From the sequence record NC_048047.1: 64,000 bases of DNA; one strand, given 5' to 3'. The notes under the pieces were generated by a model, which saw nothing but the letters and a program-made list of their open reading frames with translations, did not search any database and was not told where the DNA came from. Positions 37,171 to 46,213 of the stretch are shown piece by piece. The translations under genes and the position numbers were made by a program. Every line of letters starts with the position of its first letter. The first letter of the stretch is position 1.

Positions 37171-37680
37171 ATGACCTTTTTCACCGTCCAGCCCTACCGG
37201 GTCCGTCAGCGCAAGACGCGGCTGAAGATCACCAGCGCGCTCGACCGCGTCGACCTGATGCCGCGCCCGACCGCCACCGTCCACCCGTTCGCGCCCAAGA
37301 AAAAGCGCGCCCGCCTGACGGGGCCATACCAGCCGGTGGCTGGCCATACTCAGCCATACCGCGTCATCGGCGGGGTCCACCCGGTCTATGACGAGTGCTT
37401 CGCCACCGCCGACCACGTCTACGAGGAGCCGCGTGGTCCGCAGATCGTCCCGACCGGCATCCTCGACGAACGCGGCGTCATGCTCTGCCGCGTCACCATG
37501 CCGATCAAGCAGCAATTGGGCATCAACACCGGCGGCAACGCCTGGACGGGTGAGTTCGAGGACGAGGTCGAGGCCCTGATGCCGGCCGACATGCTGCGCA
37601 TCTCCACCGGCGGTGGCGGGGTCAGCGAGATCGACGCCTCGGAATTCGACGAAGACTTCGAAGACGAGGACGAGGACTGA
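37171..37680 (+). CDS. hypothetical protein, acidic C-terminus
   Basis: ORF in operon. Confidence 0.7.
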   Translation: MTFFTVQPYRVRQRKTRLKITSALDRVDLMPRPTATVHPFAPKKKRARLTGPYQPVAGHTQPYRVIGGVHPVYDECFATADHVYEEPRGPQIVPTGILDERGVMLCRVTMPIKQQLGINTGGNAWTGEFEDEVEALMPADMLRISTGGGGVSEIDASEFDEDFEDEDED

Positions 37681-37907
37681 TGGCCTATTTCAACGACCGC
37701 GACTGGCAGATGGCTGGCCTGATGCTGGCCCTGGGCATGGTCACCCTGTTCGCCATCATCGGCGCGCTAATCGCCGCCGGCCTCGCCCTGCCGTTCATGC
37801 TCTGGTGGCACGACTTCTCGGTGCTGCCGACCTTCCTGGCCGTGGGCGCGGGGGCCGGCGTGGTCTTCACCGGCGTGGCCCTGCGCCCCTGGGATATGCT
37901 GGCATGA
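37680..37907 (+). CDS. two-TM membrane protein
   Basis: TGATG coupling, hydrophobic. Confidence 0.7.
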   Translation: MAYFNDRDWQMAGLMLALGMVTLFAIIGALIAAGLALPFMLWWHDFSVLPTFLAVGAGAGVVFTGVALRPWDMLA

Positions 37908-38227
37908 CCCGCGCCACCGACGAGATGCTGAAGCTGGCGGCCGAGATCGAGGAGGCCGAGGCGCGCCTGTCGGCCGCCACCGATTACTGGGCCGATCGCC
38001 AGAAGGACTATCTCAACGCCACCGAGGAGACCGACGACGCCAAGGTCCTGGCCGACATCCAGTTGAAGGCCCTGGTCGCCTATGAGCAGGTCGTCGACGC
38101 CATCGCCTTCAGGGGCGTCATGACCGTCCAGCTTCGCCGGCTCCAGAAGGCGCGCAGCGACCAGATCACCCGCCGAGGCCAAGCCCGCAAGCGCATGGGC
38201 GGCGCCGACGATCGCGAGGCCGCATAA
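37904..38227 (+). CDS. coiled-coil hypothetical protein
   Basis: ATGA coupling. Confidence 0.7.
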   Translation: MTRATDEMLKLAAEIEEAEARLSAATDYWADRQKDYLNATEETDDAKVLADIQLKALVAYEQVVDAIAFRGVMTVQLRRLQKARSDQITRRGQARKRMGGADDREAA

Positions 38228-38950
38228 ATGCCGGTGCTCGCCAACGCCAAGCAGGAGCTTTACTGCAAGCACCGCGCCAACGGCTTTGTCCCCAAGAAGG
38301 CCGCCCAGGCCGCAGGCTACGCCACCGGCAGCGCCGTCTACCAGGGCCTGGAGGAAGACGCCGACGTCGTCGCCCGCATCCATGAACTGATCGACGAGCG
38401 CAATGAGGCCAAGGCCGCGCGCATGGCCGCCGCCCAGGCCAAGGCCCTGGCCGAAGGACACACCGTCGGCACCATGACCGGCGTCTCCCACGCCTGGGTC
38501 ATCGAGCAGTTGAAGATGAACGCCGAGGACGCGCGCGAGAGCGGCGACTTCAAGGAAAGCAACGCCTCCCTGAAGCTGATCGGCGAAGCCCTAGGCATGT
38601 GGGGCGGCGGGCTCGCCGGCAAGGACGGCGCAGGACCGGGCCTGCTCAACGGTTCGGGCGATGGCCCGATGCTGATCGACCTGGACTCGATCGACAAGCT
38701 GATCGGCGTCACCGACCAGTTTCACCAGATCGCCCTGGCTCCGCCCGGCGAACTGTCCGTCGAGGACCGCGACATCGCCATGAACCTGATCGCCGGCCAA
38801 GGCTCCAAGAATCTGGCGGGCGATCGCCAGCTTTCCACCGGCAGTGAGACCGACGTGGCTCTGCAACTGCTCGACGCCCTCGACGATGGCGAGAGCGAAA
38901 TCCCGGCGCGCGAGATCATCCCGCCGCCGCCTTACCAAGACGAGGACTAA
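38228..38950 (+). CDS. terS: terminase small subunit
   Basis: LANAKQELYCKHRANGFVPKKAAQAAGY HTH N-terminus, VARIHEL; just upstream of terL. Confidence 0.8.
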   Translation: MPVLANAKQELYCKHRANGFVPKKAAQAAGYATGSAVYQGLEEDADVVARIHELIDERNEAKAARMAAAQAKALAEGHTVGTMTGVSHAWVIEQLKMNAEDARESGDFKESNASLKLIGEALGMWGGGLAGKDGAGPGLLNGSGDGPMLIDLDSIDKLIGVTDQFHQIALAPPGELSVEDRDIAMNLIAGQGSKNLAGDRQLSTGSETDVALQLLDALDDGESEIPAREIIPPPPYQDED

Positions 38951-38955
38951 GACCC

Positions 38956-39105
38956 ATGGGCCAGCCCAACTTCGCTCCCAACTCGCCGCTGGTCGGCTTC
39001 AAGAAGTTCCTGCTCGGCGGCACCGCCGTCTACCGCGTCGCCATGCAGGAGACCACCGTCAAGTCGGCCTATGGTCCGATCCAGGCCTGGGGCGTGCTGG
39101 GCTGA
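38956..39105 (+). CDS. 49-aa hypothetical protein
   Basis: ORF translated by hand between terS and terL. Confidence 0.5.
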   Translation: MGQPNFAPNSPLVGFKKFLLGGTAVYRVAMQETTVKSAYGPIQAWGVLG

Positions 39106-39251
39106 TGCGCGCGCGCCTCGCCCTGCTGCTGGCCGGCGTCACCGGCGCCCTGGTCCTGTCGCTCACCCGTCCGGTCAGCGCCAGGACCAAGCTGATCTCC
39201 CTGGCGGCGCGTCCGCCGTGGGTGGGCAGAAAGCTCTCCGTTCCCGTCTAA
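39105..39251 (+). CDS. 48-aa protein with N-terminal hydrophobic/signal segment
   Basis: TGATG coupling; MRARLALLLAGVTGALVLSL. Confidence 0.5.
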   Translation: MRARLALLLAGVTGALVLSLTRPVSARTKLISLAARPPWVGRKLSVPV

Positions 39252-39343
39252 GCCGACCCCTCAAGGCCCGCCCGATCAACGAGGCGGGCCAATCCCATTT
39301 TCGATGACGAGTAGCCCTTTTCCAACCTGGACTGCTCAATCCT

Positions 39344-42160
39344 GTGACCCTCGCTTCCCATAAGACCGCCCTCTCGCCCTATCCCCATGAGGAGCGCGCC
39401 AAGCGCCGCGCCGGTGTGCGCCGTATGCGCAAGCTCGCCGAGGACATCCGGGCCGATCACGTCCGGGACCGCGAGCAGGACCCCCAGCGCGCGGCTGCCG
39501 CCACCGCCATCACCGGCGTGACCGAGCCCCATCACCAAGTCGCCCTGCTGGAGCAGATCGCCGACAAAATCCAGACCGAGCACCTGGACAAGCTTTATCC
39601 GCTGGCCCGTGACGACTTCTCCGCCTTCTGCGAGGTCATCAGCCCCGAGGAGCCGCCCGAGAGCCCCTGGCACATCTGGCTGACCAACTTCCTGCAAGAG
39701 GTCGAGCTTTCGCCCGATCTCAACAAGGTGGTGCTCAACGTGCCGCCCGGCCACGCCAAGCCCCTGCACGAGGACACCCTGGTGCTGATGGGCGATGGCG
39801 CCTATCGGCCGCTCAAGGACATCCAGGTCGGCGACCGCGTCTGGACCCACGCCGGCCGCGCCCGTCCCGTCACCGCCGTCCACGAGCAGGGCAAGCTCTC
39901 CACCGTCGAGATCGTCACCGAGGCGGGCCGCATTGTGCGCGCCGCCCCCGACCACCCGTTCCTGGTCAAGCTGGGGACCAAGGACGACGGGACCCCGATC
40001 GCCGAATGGATCAACGCCGGCGACCTGCGGCCGGGCATGCCCGTGGTGATATCGGCCCACAAGCCGCCGAGCGTCGAGCACCGTCACTATGACGGCGACC
40101 ACACCACGGCCGAGACCTACAACAAGCCCCTGCGCCGGGCCGAGGCCCTGGGCTACATGGCGCTGGGCGGGGCGCTGCACTGGCAGAAGTCCAAGACCCA
40201 GGTCACCCCCTCGCCCGACTTCCGTCTGTCGACCCACAAGCGCGCGCTGATGAAGCACATCGTCAAGCTGGTCAAGACCGGCCTTGGCCACCACATCAGC
40301 GTCTGCAAGGTCGCCTCCCAGAACACCTTCGTCGCCCGCCTGGGCGTCAAGGGTTTCCGTGATCTCAACGCCGGCGACTGGTTCACCTACGAGCCGGAGA
40401 AGCGCCGCGTCCCGCCGTGCATCTTCACCGCCAGCAAGGACGAGATCGCCGCCTTCCTGGGCGCGGCCTTCTCCCTGCGCGGCGAGGTCATCCGCCGGCT
40501 GCGGGGCAAGAACCTGCGCCTCTACCATCGCTCTATGGACCTGCTTCTGGACGTGCAGAAGTTGTGCGCCACGCTAGGGGCCGCAGGAAGCCTCGACAGG
40601 GGCGATCCTGACTTCGGGGGCCGACCCTGCTTGAACCTCGACTTCGCCGCTGTGGCAGCCCTCCAGGCGGCCGGAGTGAGCTTCGATGGCGAGACCGACA
40701 CCGACCTCGTCAATCAGCCGCCCTTCACCATGCTGATCCCGCGTCCGAGCGACACCGACGCGGTCGTCTCGGTGCTGCCGGCCAAGAAGGCCCGCTGCCT
40801 GTGCCTGACCGTCGAGGAGGACCACAGCTTCACCGCCGAGACCCTGGTGGTCAAGAACTCCACCTATGCCTCGCGCCTGTTCGTGGCGTGGCGCCTGGGG
40901 CGTGACCCCAACCAGCGCATCATCGGCGGCGGCCACAGTCAGAACTTCGTCGAGAACGAGTTCTCCTCGAAAATCCGCAACATCGTCACCTCGCCGGAAT
41001 TCCAGCGCGTCTTCCCTGGCATCACCGTCGACCACCAGACCAACGCCAAGCAGCAGTGGGCGATCGCCGGCTACAAGGGCCAGTACGTGGCGCGCGGCGT
41101 GGGCCAGGGCATCCACGGTTTCCGCGCCACCTTCATCTGCGTCGATGACCCCTACTCCAAGATCGAGGACGCCAACAGCCCGGTTCACCGGCGCAAGGTC
41201 GAGCAGTGGTTCGACGCCGACATTGGTTCGCGCGCCCTGCCCAACTGCAAGACCTTCCTGATCATGACCCGCTTCCATGGTGAGGATTTGACTAATCACC
41301 TGGAGGAGATGAACAAGGTCCTCCCCGACAATGCAAAGTGGAAGATCGTTACTGTTCCGGCCATCTGCTTTGATGAAGAAACAGACCTTCTAGGCCGCAA
41401 AATCGGTGAGTTTTTGTGGGATTACTATCCGTTGTCCTACTTCGTTGACAAGAAGATTCAGTTTGGATTTCTGGGTTTCGCCCTCACCTACCAACAGGTG
41501 TCGTCTGCCGCAAATCCCGACAACATCGCCAGCAAGTTCAACTTCTACGATTCCCTGCCCCACGAGTCGCCTGAAGTTAAGGCCCGCGCCCCTCGCGACC
41601 AGTTCGGCAGGCCGCAGATTAACGAGGGTGATTTTTACCGGCGCACCATCGTCTCGGTCGATACCGCCTCCAAGACCACCGAACGCGCCGACTACACGGT
41701 CGTGCAGGTCTGGCGCGAGGATTTCCGGGGCAAGCACTACCTCGTCCACCAGGACCGCCGGAAGGTCGAGTTCAACGACCTGATCTCGATGATCGAGGCG
41801 CCGGCCATCAAGTACCGGGCCGACCAAATCCTCGTCGAGGACAAGGGCTCGGGCACCCAGTACCTGCAAAACCGGGGCTCGACCGACAATCAGAAGCGTC
41901 AGGCGCCCTGTCCGCTGGTGGCGGTCAATCCTGGCGTGGCCGGCAAGAGCTTCCGTTTTGACGGTGTCACGCCCATGATCGAGGGCGGCGATGTCTGGCT
42001 GCCCAAGGATGCGCCCTGGATCGAGCAGCTTCTGGTCGAGATCGGCCAGTTCCCCGACAGCGCTCACGATGACCAAGTCGACGCCATGAGCCAGTACCTC
42101 AACCACGCCAAGAAGAACCGCACCCGCTACGGCAGTCGCAAGATCACCAAGCACACGTAA
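39344..42160 (+). CDS. terL: terminase large subunit, intein-containing
   Basis: Walker A NVPPGHAK/STY split by the intein, Walker B FICVDDP, LIMTRFH, nuclease SVDTASK...ADYT, HDDQVDA. Confidence 0.93.
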   Translation: MTLASHKTALSPYPHEERAKRRAGVRRMRKLAEDIRADHVRDREQDPQRAAAATAITGVTEPHHQVALLEQIADKIQTEHLDKLYPLARDDFSAFCEVISPEEPPESPWHIWLTNFLQEVELSPDLNKVVLNVPPGHAKPLHEDTLVLMGDGAYRPLKDIQVGDRVWTHAGRARPVTAVHEQGKLSTVEIVTEAGRIVRAAPDHPFLVKLGTKDDGTPIAEWINAGDLRPGMPVVISAHKPPSVEHRHYDGDHTTAETYNKPLRRAEALGYMALGGALHWQKSKTQVTPSPDFRLSTHKRALMKHIVKLVKTGLGHHISVCKVASQNTFVARLGVKGFRDLNAGDWFTYEPEKRRVPPCIFTASKDEIAAFLGAAFSLRGEVIRRLRGKNLRLYHRSMDLLLDVQKLCATLGAAGSLDRGDPDFGGRPCLNLDFAAVAALQAAGVSFDGETDTDLVNQPPFTMLIPRPSDTDAVVSVLPAKKARCLCLTVEEDHSFTAETLVVKNSTYASRLFVAWRLGRDPNQRIIGGGHSQNFVENEFSSKIRNIVTSPEFQRVFPGITVDHQTNAKQQWAIAGYKGQYVARGVGQGIHGFRATFICVDDPYSKIEDANSPVHRRKVEQWFDADIGSRALPNCKTFLIMTRFHGEDLTNHLEEMNKVLPDNAKWKIVTVPAICFDEETDLLGRKIGEFLWDYYPLSYFVDKKIQFGFLGFALTYQQVSSAANPDNIASKFNFYDSLPHESPEVKARAPRDQFGRPQINEGDFYRRTIVSVDTASKTTERADYTVVQVWREDFRGKHYLVHQDRRKVEFNDLISMIEAPAIKYRADQILVEDKGSGTQYLQNRGSTDNQKRQAPCPLVAVNPGVAGKSFRFDGVTPMIEGGDVWLPKDAPWIEQLLVEIGQFPDSAHDDQVDAMSQYLNHAKKNRTRYGSRKITKHT
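39761..40858 (+). mobile_element. 366-aa intein with degenerate LAGLIDADG region
   Basis: starts PLHEDTLVLMGDG, block B APDHPF, block F CLCLTVEEDHSF, ends VVKN/S(+1). Confidence 0.9.
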
Positions 42161-42335
42161 CCGCCCCAAGTCGACGATAGCCGACATCTCCAGGTGTCGC
42201 CGATCGACGACTTTGACGCCTGCGGGGCGCGTTAACCATGTTTGTTTACCCTCTTTGGCCCGTTAACCTTAATAAAATCCCAGGTAGTACCAGGTATGGC
42301 CGGTACTACCAGCGGTAATACCGGAGAAAAGCCCT

Positions 42336-42905
42336 GTGTTTCGCTATCTGACCGCCCTTTTCGACCACATCGTCCACTACAAGCTCGCCCCGGCCCATCG
42401 CCGCATCGCCCCCGAGGGGCAGGCGGCCCTCGACCGCCTCAAGGCGGTTGATCGCCAGATCGAGGCCGGCGTCTACCAAGGCAGCGACGTGCGCGGCACC
42501 CGCGCCTACGCCTTCCACCACATCCCGCCGCGCGAGCGCCTGATCGCCGCCAACAAGGGCCGCGACGTCACCGGCCTTACCCCGCGTCGCGAGCGGCGCC
42601 TGTCGGTGGCGGGCAAGAAGCCCTGGCAGCCGCTGCTGGTCACCGAGCCGCCGCGTGATCCCGAGGAACTGGCCCGTGAGCGTGAGGATGAGGCCAGCAC
42701 GTTGCGCGCCAGCGCCGAGCATCTGGCCAAGCGCGCGGCCTCGCGCCTGATGCGCCAGCGGCTGGGCGAGCGCTATGCGCCTTACCGTAGCCTGGGCCAG
42801 GAGGTGCTGAGCAATGTCGGCCTGGACGCCACCTGGGTGAGGGCCGGCTATCAGCAGGCCATCGACGATGCTCACCCGATCGCCGCCACGCCGGACGAGG
42901 TCTAG
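42336..42905 (+). CDS. basic hypothetical protein
   Basis: GGAGA RBS, GTG start. Confidence 0.65.
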   Translation: MFRYLTALFDHIVHYKLAPAHRRIAPEGQAALDRLKAVDRQIEAGVYQGSDVRGTRAYAFHHIPPRERLIAANKGRDVTGLTPRRERRLSVAGKKPWQPLLVTEPPRDPEELAREREDEASTLRASAEHLAKRAASRLMRQRLGERYAPYRSLGQEVLSNVGLDATWVRAGYQQAIDDAHPIAATPDEV

Positions 42906-43013
42906 GGACCCTGCGTCCAAGCCCTTGGGGACCCTGGCTGAAAAACCGCCAGGGACCCTGGACAAAACAGGTCAGGGACCCTGCGCCAAAACGGTCGGGG
43001 ACCCTGGCCAAAA
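42905..43013. repeat. 5 x GGGACCCTG direct repeats, 23-24-bp period
   Basis: at 42905, 42928, 42952, 42975, 42998; the last four are followed by A-tracts. Confidence 0.9.
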
Positions 43014-43046
43014 TCGCTTCCAGCCCAGCCGGAAATTCACATCCCC

Positions 43047-43202
43047 ATGCTCCTTTCCCTCACCAGCCTGATCGGCGCCCTGCTGATCGCCGCCGTCGCG
43101 GTCTTCGCCCTGTGCGGCGAGATCGACTGGTGCATTGACGGCCAGTGCGGCTCCTGGCGCGGCCCCTTTGCCCCGCCCGGTCCTAGTTCATCGCTTTCGT
43201 GA
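43047..43202 (+). CDS. 51-aa membrane peptide
   Basis: MLLSLTSLIGALLIAAVAVFALCG; translated by hand. Confidence 0.4.
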   Translation: MLLSLTSLIGALLIAAVAVFALCGEIDWCIDGQCGSWRGPFAPPGPSSSLS

Positions 43203-43832
43203 CAGGTCTTGATTTCCTTGGGCTTTTTGGCCTGCTGTCACGATTCAAAAGGTTTCACGCGTGCCCCGAGCCCTGAAAATCCACCCAAAATGGGCGATTT
43301 TGATCGATCTCTGGCTCTGGGCGGCGGTCCGCGTCTACGCATGGGTCCACAATGCGAGGCCGGAGGCCGGTGCGCCACCCACCAAGTCGTGAGACATGTC
43401 AAGCCCCCTCGCTTGACATGTCATAGTTTGTCCGAAAGGTGACAGCGTCGGCGCAAAAGAAATCGCGTTGACTCCGCAAACCCAGGCCAGCCTTGACGTT
43501 GCGCCATTCTCCGCAGGTTTTGCGGTGATTGCCCCGGCTATTCGCCGCACGTGTCAGCAAAACCGCCTATGTGACGTCCTGCTTGACATGGCTCAAGTTC
43601 CGTGGCACGGGAAAGGCTCGGGCGTGTGCTCGGATGGAAAGCTCCGCTGTCGGCTTCAAGCCAAGGCCTGGGTGGAACACCAGCGCTAGACCTGCCCGCC
43701 GACGCCCTCGACCCCATGCGATCGCCGGCGGGGGACCACCGCCTTCGCCTGCCACACCCGGCGAGGATCGAAGGCGAGAAACGCCCACCAGAGCCCGCCG
43801 CCCTGGTGGGCGTTTTGGTGTCCGGCCTTGAA

Positions 43833-44026
43833 CTTGACGTCGGGCCATTTCGCCGCCGACTTGACGTCGGATCATTTGCCCGGCCGACTTGATGATCGCC
43901 CATTTCGCCTGGACTTGACGCCGGCGCATTTCAAATTTGACGCGAGCGCATTTCCTTCCCAAATTTGACGAAAGGCCATTTCAAACTTGACTTGACGTCA
44001 TTTCATTTCTTGACCTGACGCCATTC
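43833..44026. repeat. 8 x YTTGAC-N7-CATTT-like repeats
   Basis: at 43833, 43860, 43888, 43914, 43936, 43964, 43986, 44009. Confidence 0.9.
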
Positions 44027-44042
44027 CATCCCGCTGGCCGGG

Positions 44043-44258
44043 TAAGGTTAACGGCCGATTAACCATGTGGCGAGTAAGGTTAATTTTCAAGGTTAACGCG
44101 CATGGTGAACGAACAGGGTTAACGCGCCTTAAGGTTACCCGTTAAGGTTAACAGGCGTTAAGGTTAACGGTTAGGGTTGAAAATTAAGGTTAACCCGGCT
44201 CAAGGCCCTACCGGCGGCCGTTAAGGTTAACGCCAGGGGCAAAATCGTTAAGGTTAAC
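44043..44258. repeat. ~11 x (T)TAAGGTTAAC repeats including one TTAA-N7-TTAA
   Basis: copies at 44043, 44075, 44088, 44114, 44129, 44142, 44158, 44172, 44184, 44221, 44248 (some degenerate). Confidence 0.9.
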
Positions 44259-44262
44259 GCCC

Positions 44263-44356
44263 AAAACAGCGAAAATCAGCAAAAATCGTCCAAAAATAGC
44301 GAAAATCAGCGCAAAATAGCGCTTTTTAGGCCGAAAATCACCGAAAATCCGGTTTT
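44263..44356. repeat. helically phased A/T tracts (predicted DNA bend)
   Basis: tracts at 44263, 44272, 44281, 44292, 44302, 44313, 44323, 44334, 44344, 44353. Confidence 0.85.
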
Positions 44357-44657
44357 CTGACCCATTTTAGGGTTAATGTCGCGCCCTAACCCGATTTTGG
44401 GCGACACCCAGGCGAACGGGCGCCGGCCGGGTCGTGATCCCCGGCCGGTGGGTCAGTGGAGCAGCCAGAGCAGAAACGCCAGCGCCGCCAGTGACCAGCC
44501 GTTCAGCAATTTCAGGGTGGGCGCCTCTCTCGTCTGCCGTGGCCGCTCGCCACCCCTCATTCATCGCATACAAGAAAACTGTTGCCAAGCCCCAAAGATC
44601 GCTTGACAGCATAAAAGCCCAATGCGACAAGAGGCCATCCAAACGGGAGACACCCCA

Positions 44658-45230
44658 ATGACCGAGCAAACCCTAGACCTTCTCTATCCGGCCCTGATGC
44701 TGGAGCAGAAGATTCCCCACCGCGAAGGCATGTTGCGGCTGGCCATCGTCCTGCGCGACTTTGGCCCCAAGGCGCCCCATCGCTACGTCACCCACCTGCG
44801 GATCGAAAACCCCGTACCGGGCTCGGAACACGCCTTCACCTACAGCTATGACCACGGCACCTATTCGGCCGACCTGCGCCGCGCCACCACGGTCTATTTC
44901 GAGCGCGTCGCCGAGCGGGTCATGACCGCCATGGTCGCCCTTCACGACCTGCCCGAAGTCGCCCCGCCCCCGCCGACCGTCACCATGCCGCTCGAACTGG
45001 CCCAGACCGCCTATGGCCTGATCGATGACAACGAACTGGACCTGTCCAAGGCCTGCGGCAACGTCACCTTGGTCGAGGCCGCCATTACCGGGCTGGCGGG
45101 CGTCCTGGGCTCGCTCAAATACTTCCGCGACGTCGAGGAAGGCAACGCCAAGCTTCTGGAGGCCTATGAAGCCGCCCAGGCCGCCCGTGACGCCGCCCTG
45201 GAGGCCGAATCCGAGGCCGAAGAGGCCTAA
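44658..45230 (+). CDS. cassette hypothetical protein
   Basis: promoter 44603, GGGAGACACC RBS. Confidence 0.75.
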   Translation: MTEQTLDLLYPALMLEQKIPHREGMLRLAIVLRDFGPKAPHRYVTHLRIENPVPGSEHAFTYSYDHGTYSADLRRATTVYFERVAERVMTAMVALHDLPEVAPPPPTVTMPLELAQTAYGLIDDNELDLSKACGNVTLVEAAITGLAGVLGSLKYFRDVEEGNAKLLEAYEAAQAARDAALEAESEAEEA

Positions 45231-45374
45231 AAGGACGCGCCCAGGCCTCCCCGGCCTGGGCGTTGCCCATTCACCAGGCGTTAAGGTTAACCGCGAAATT
45301 AGTGCGAGAAATCTGTTGACACGCATTGAGGCCCTATGCGAGAACAAAGCTCCACTTCATGAGGAGCGCCAAGC

Positions 45375-46031
45375 ATGGCCCTGCCCGATCGCCTCTTTGT
45401 TTCCACCGACGGCGCGCTTTACGACACGGCCGCAGAGGACTGGAGCCGCCGCGCGCCCGTGCGCCGCCGCTACAATATCCTGACCAGCGAGGTCACCGAT
45501 ATGCAGGACGTCAAGGCCGCCCTGCGCCATGGCCCCTACGCCTTCCCCGGCGGCTATCCGCACTATTTCGTCACCCGCGACGGCGTGGCCCTGTCCTTCG
45601 ACAGCGTGCGCAAGATGCTCTATCAGGTCGCGGACGATTTTCAGCATGACGCCTCGACCGGCTGGCGCATCGCCGCCATCGTCCCCAATTTCGAAGACGA
45701 CGATCTCGTCTGCGACCACAGCGGCGAGAAAATCCCCTCGGCCTATGGCGCGGGCGATGAGTCGCAAGACGATGACGCCCCCATGGCCTGGGCGGTCGGC
45801 GCCAACGTCTCGGGCTTCATGCCCGACAGCGAGCCGGTGCATTATGCCGATTGGACCGACGCGCGGCGCGGCCTGATCGACCTAATCGGACAAGCCCGCG
45901 AGGCCTACGAGGAAGACTCCGCCGAGGACGCAGCTTTCCAGACCATGCTGGACGCCTTGCGCGCCGTGCCCGATGAGGCTGAGTTCAATTGGGGCGCGGT
46001 CGGCTATCGCTGGTGGCTTGAGCGCCTGTAA
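45375..46031 (+). CDS. cassette hypothetical protein (acidic)
   Basis: promoter 45316, GAGGAG RBS; YAFPGGYPHYF. Confidence 0.8.
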   Translation: MALPDRLFVSTDGALYDTAAEDWSRRAPVRRRYNILTSEVTDMQDVKAALRHGPYAFPGGYPHYFVTRDGVALSFDSVRKMLYQVADDFQHDASTGWRIAAIVPNFEDDDLVCDHSGEKIPSAYGAGDESQDDDAPMAWAVGANVSGFMPDSEPVHYADWTDARRGLIDLIGQAREAYEEDSAEDAAFQTMLDALRAVPDEAEFNWGAVGYRWWLERL

Positions 46032-46183
46032 CCGCGAGCCCAGGCCTTCGCGCCTGGGCTTTGCCCCGCCCCCTGGGCGTTAAGGTTACCCGCGAAAATA
46101 GTGCAAGAAACCTGTTGACTCGCTTTGCCGCCCATGCGAGAACAGGGCTCAGACGAAACGACGAGACCACAAAGGAGGCCGCC

Positions 46184-46192
46184 ATGAAGTAG
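46184..46192 (+). other. two-codon minigene ATG-AAG-TAG
   Basis: AAGGAGG at 46172-46178 directly upstream. Confidence 0.45.
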
Positions 46193-46213
46193 CGACAATC
46201 TGGAGCACATCTC

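Noticed and set aside
39248-40528. 426-aa minus-strand ORF opposite terL
   Set aside because: Shadow ORF caused by GC3 bias of terL and its intein.
40100-40700. Active homing endonuclease in the intein
   Set aside because: Both LAGLIDADG-like motifs lack the acidic catalytic residues, so it is probably degenerate.
43200-44600. Protein-coding ORFs and tRNAs in the repeat region
   Set aside because: ORFs are low-complexity translations of repeats without RBS, and no cloverleaf with T-loop or anticodon arm was found by eye.
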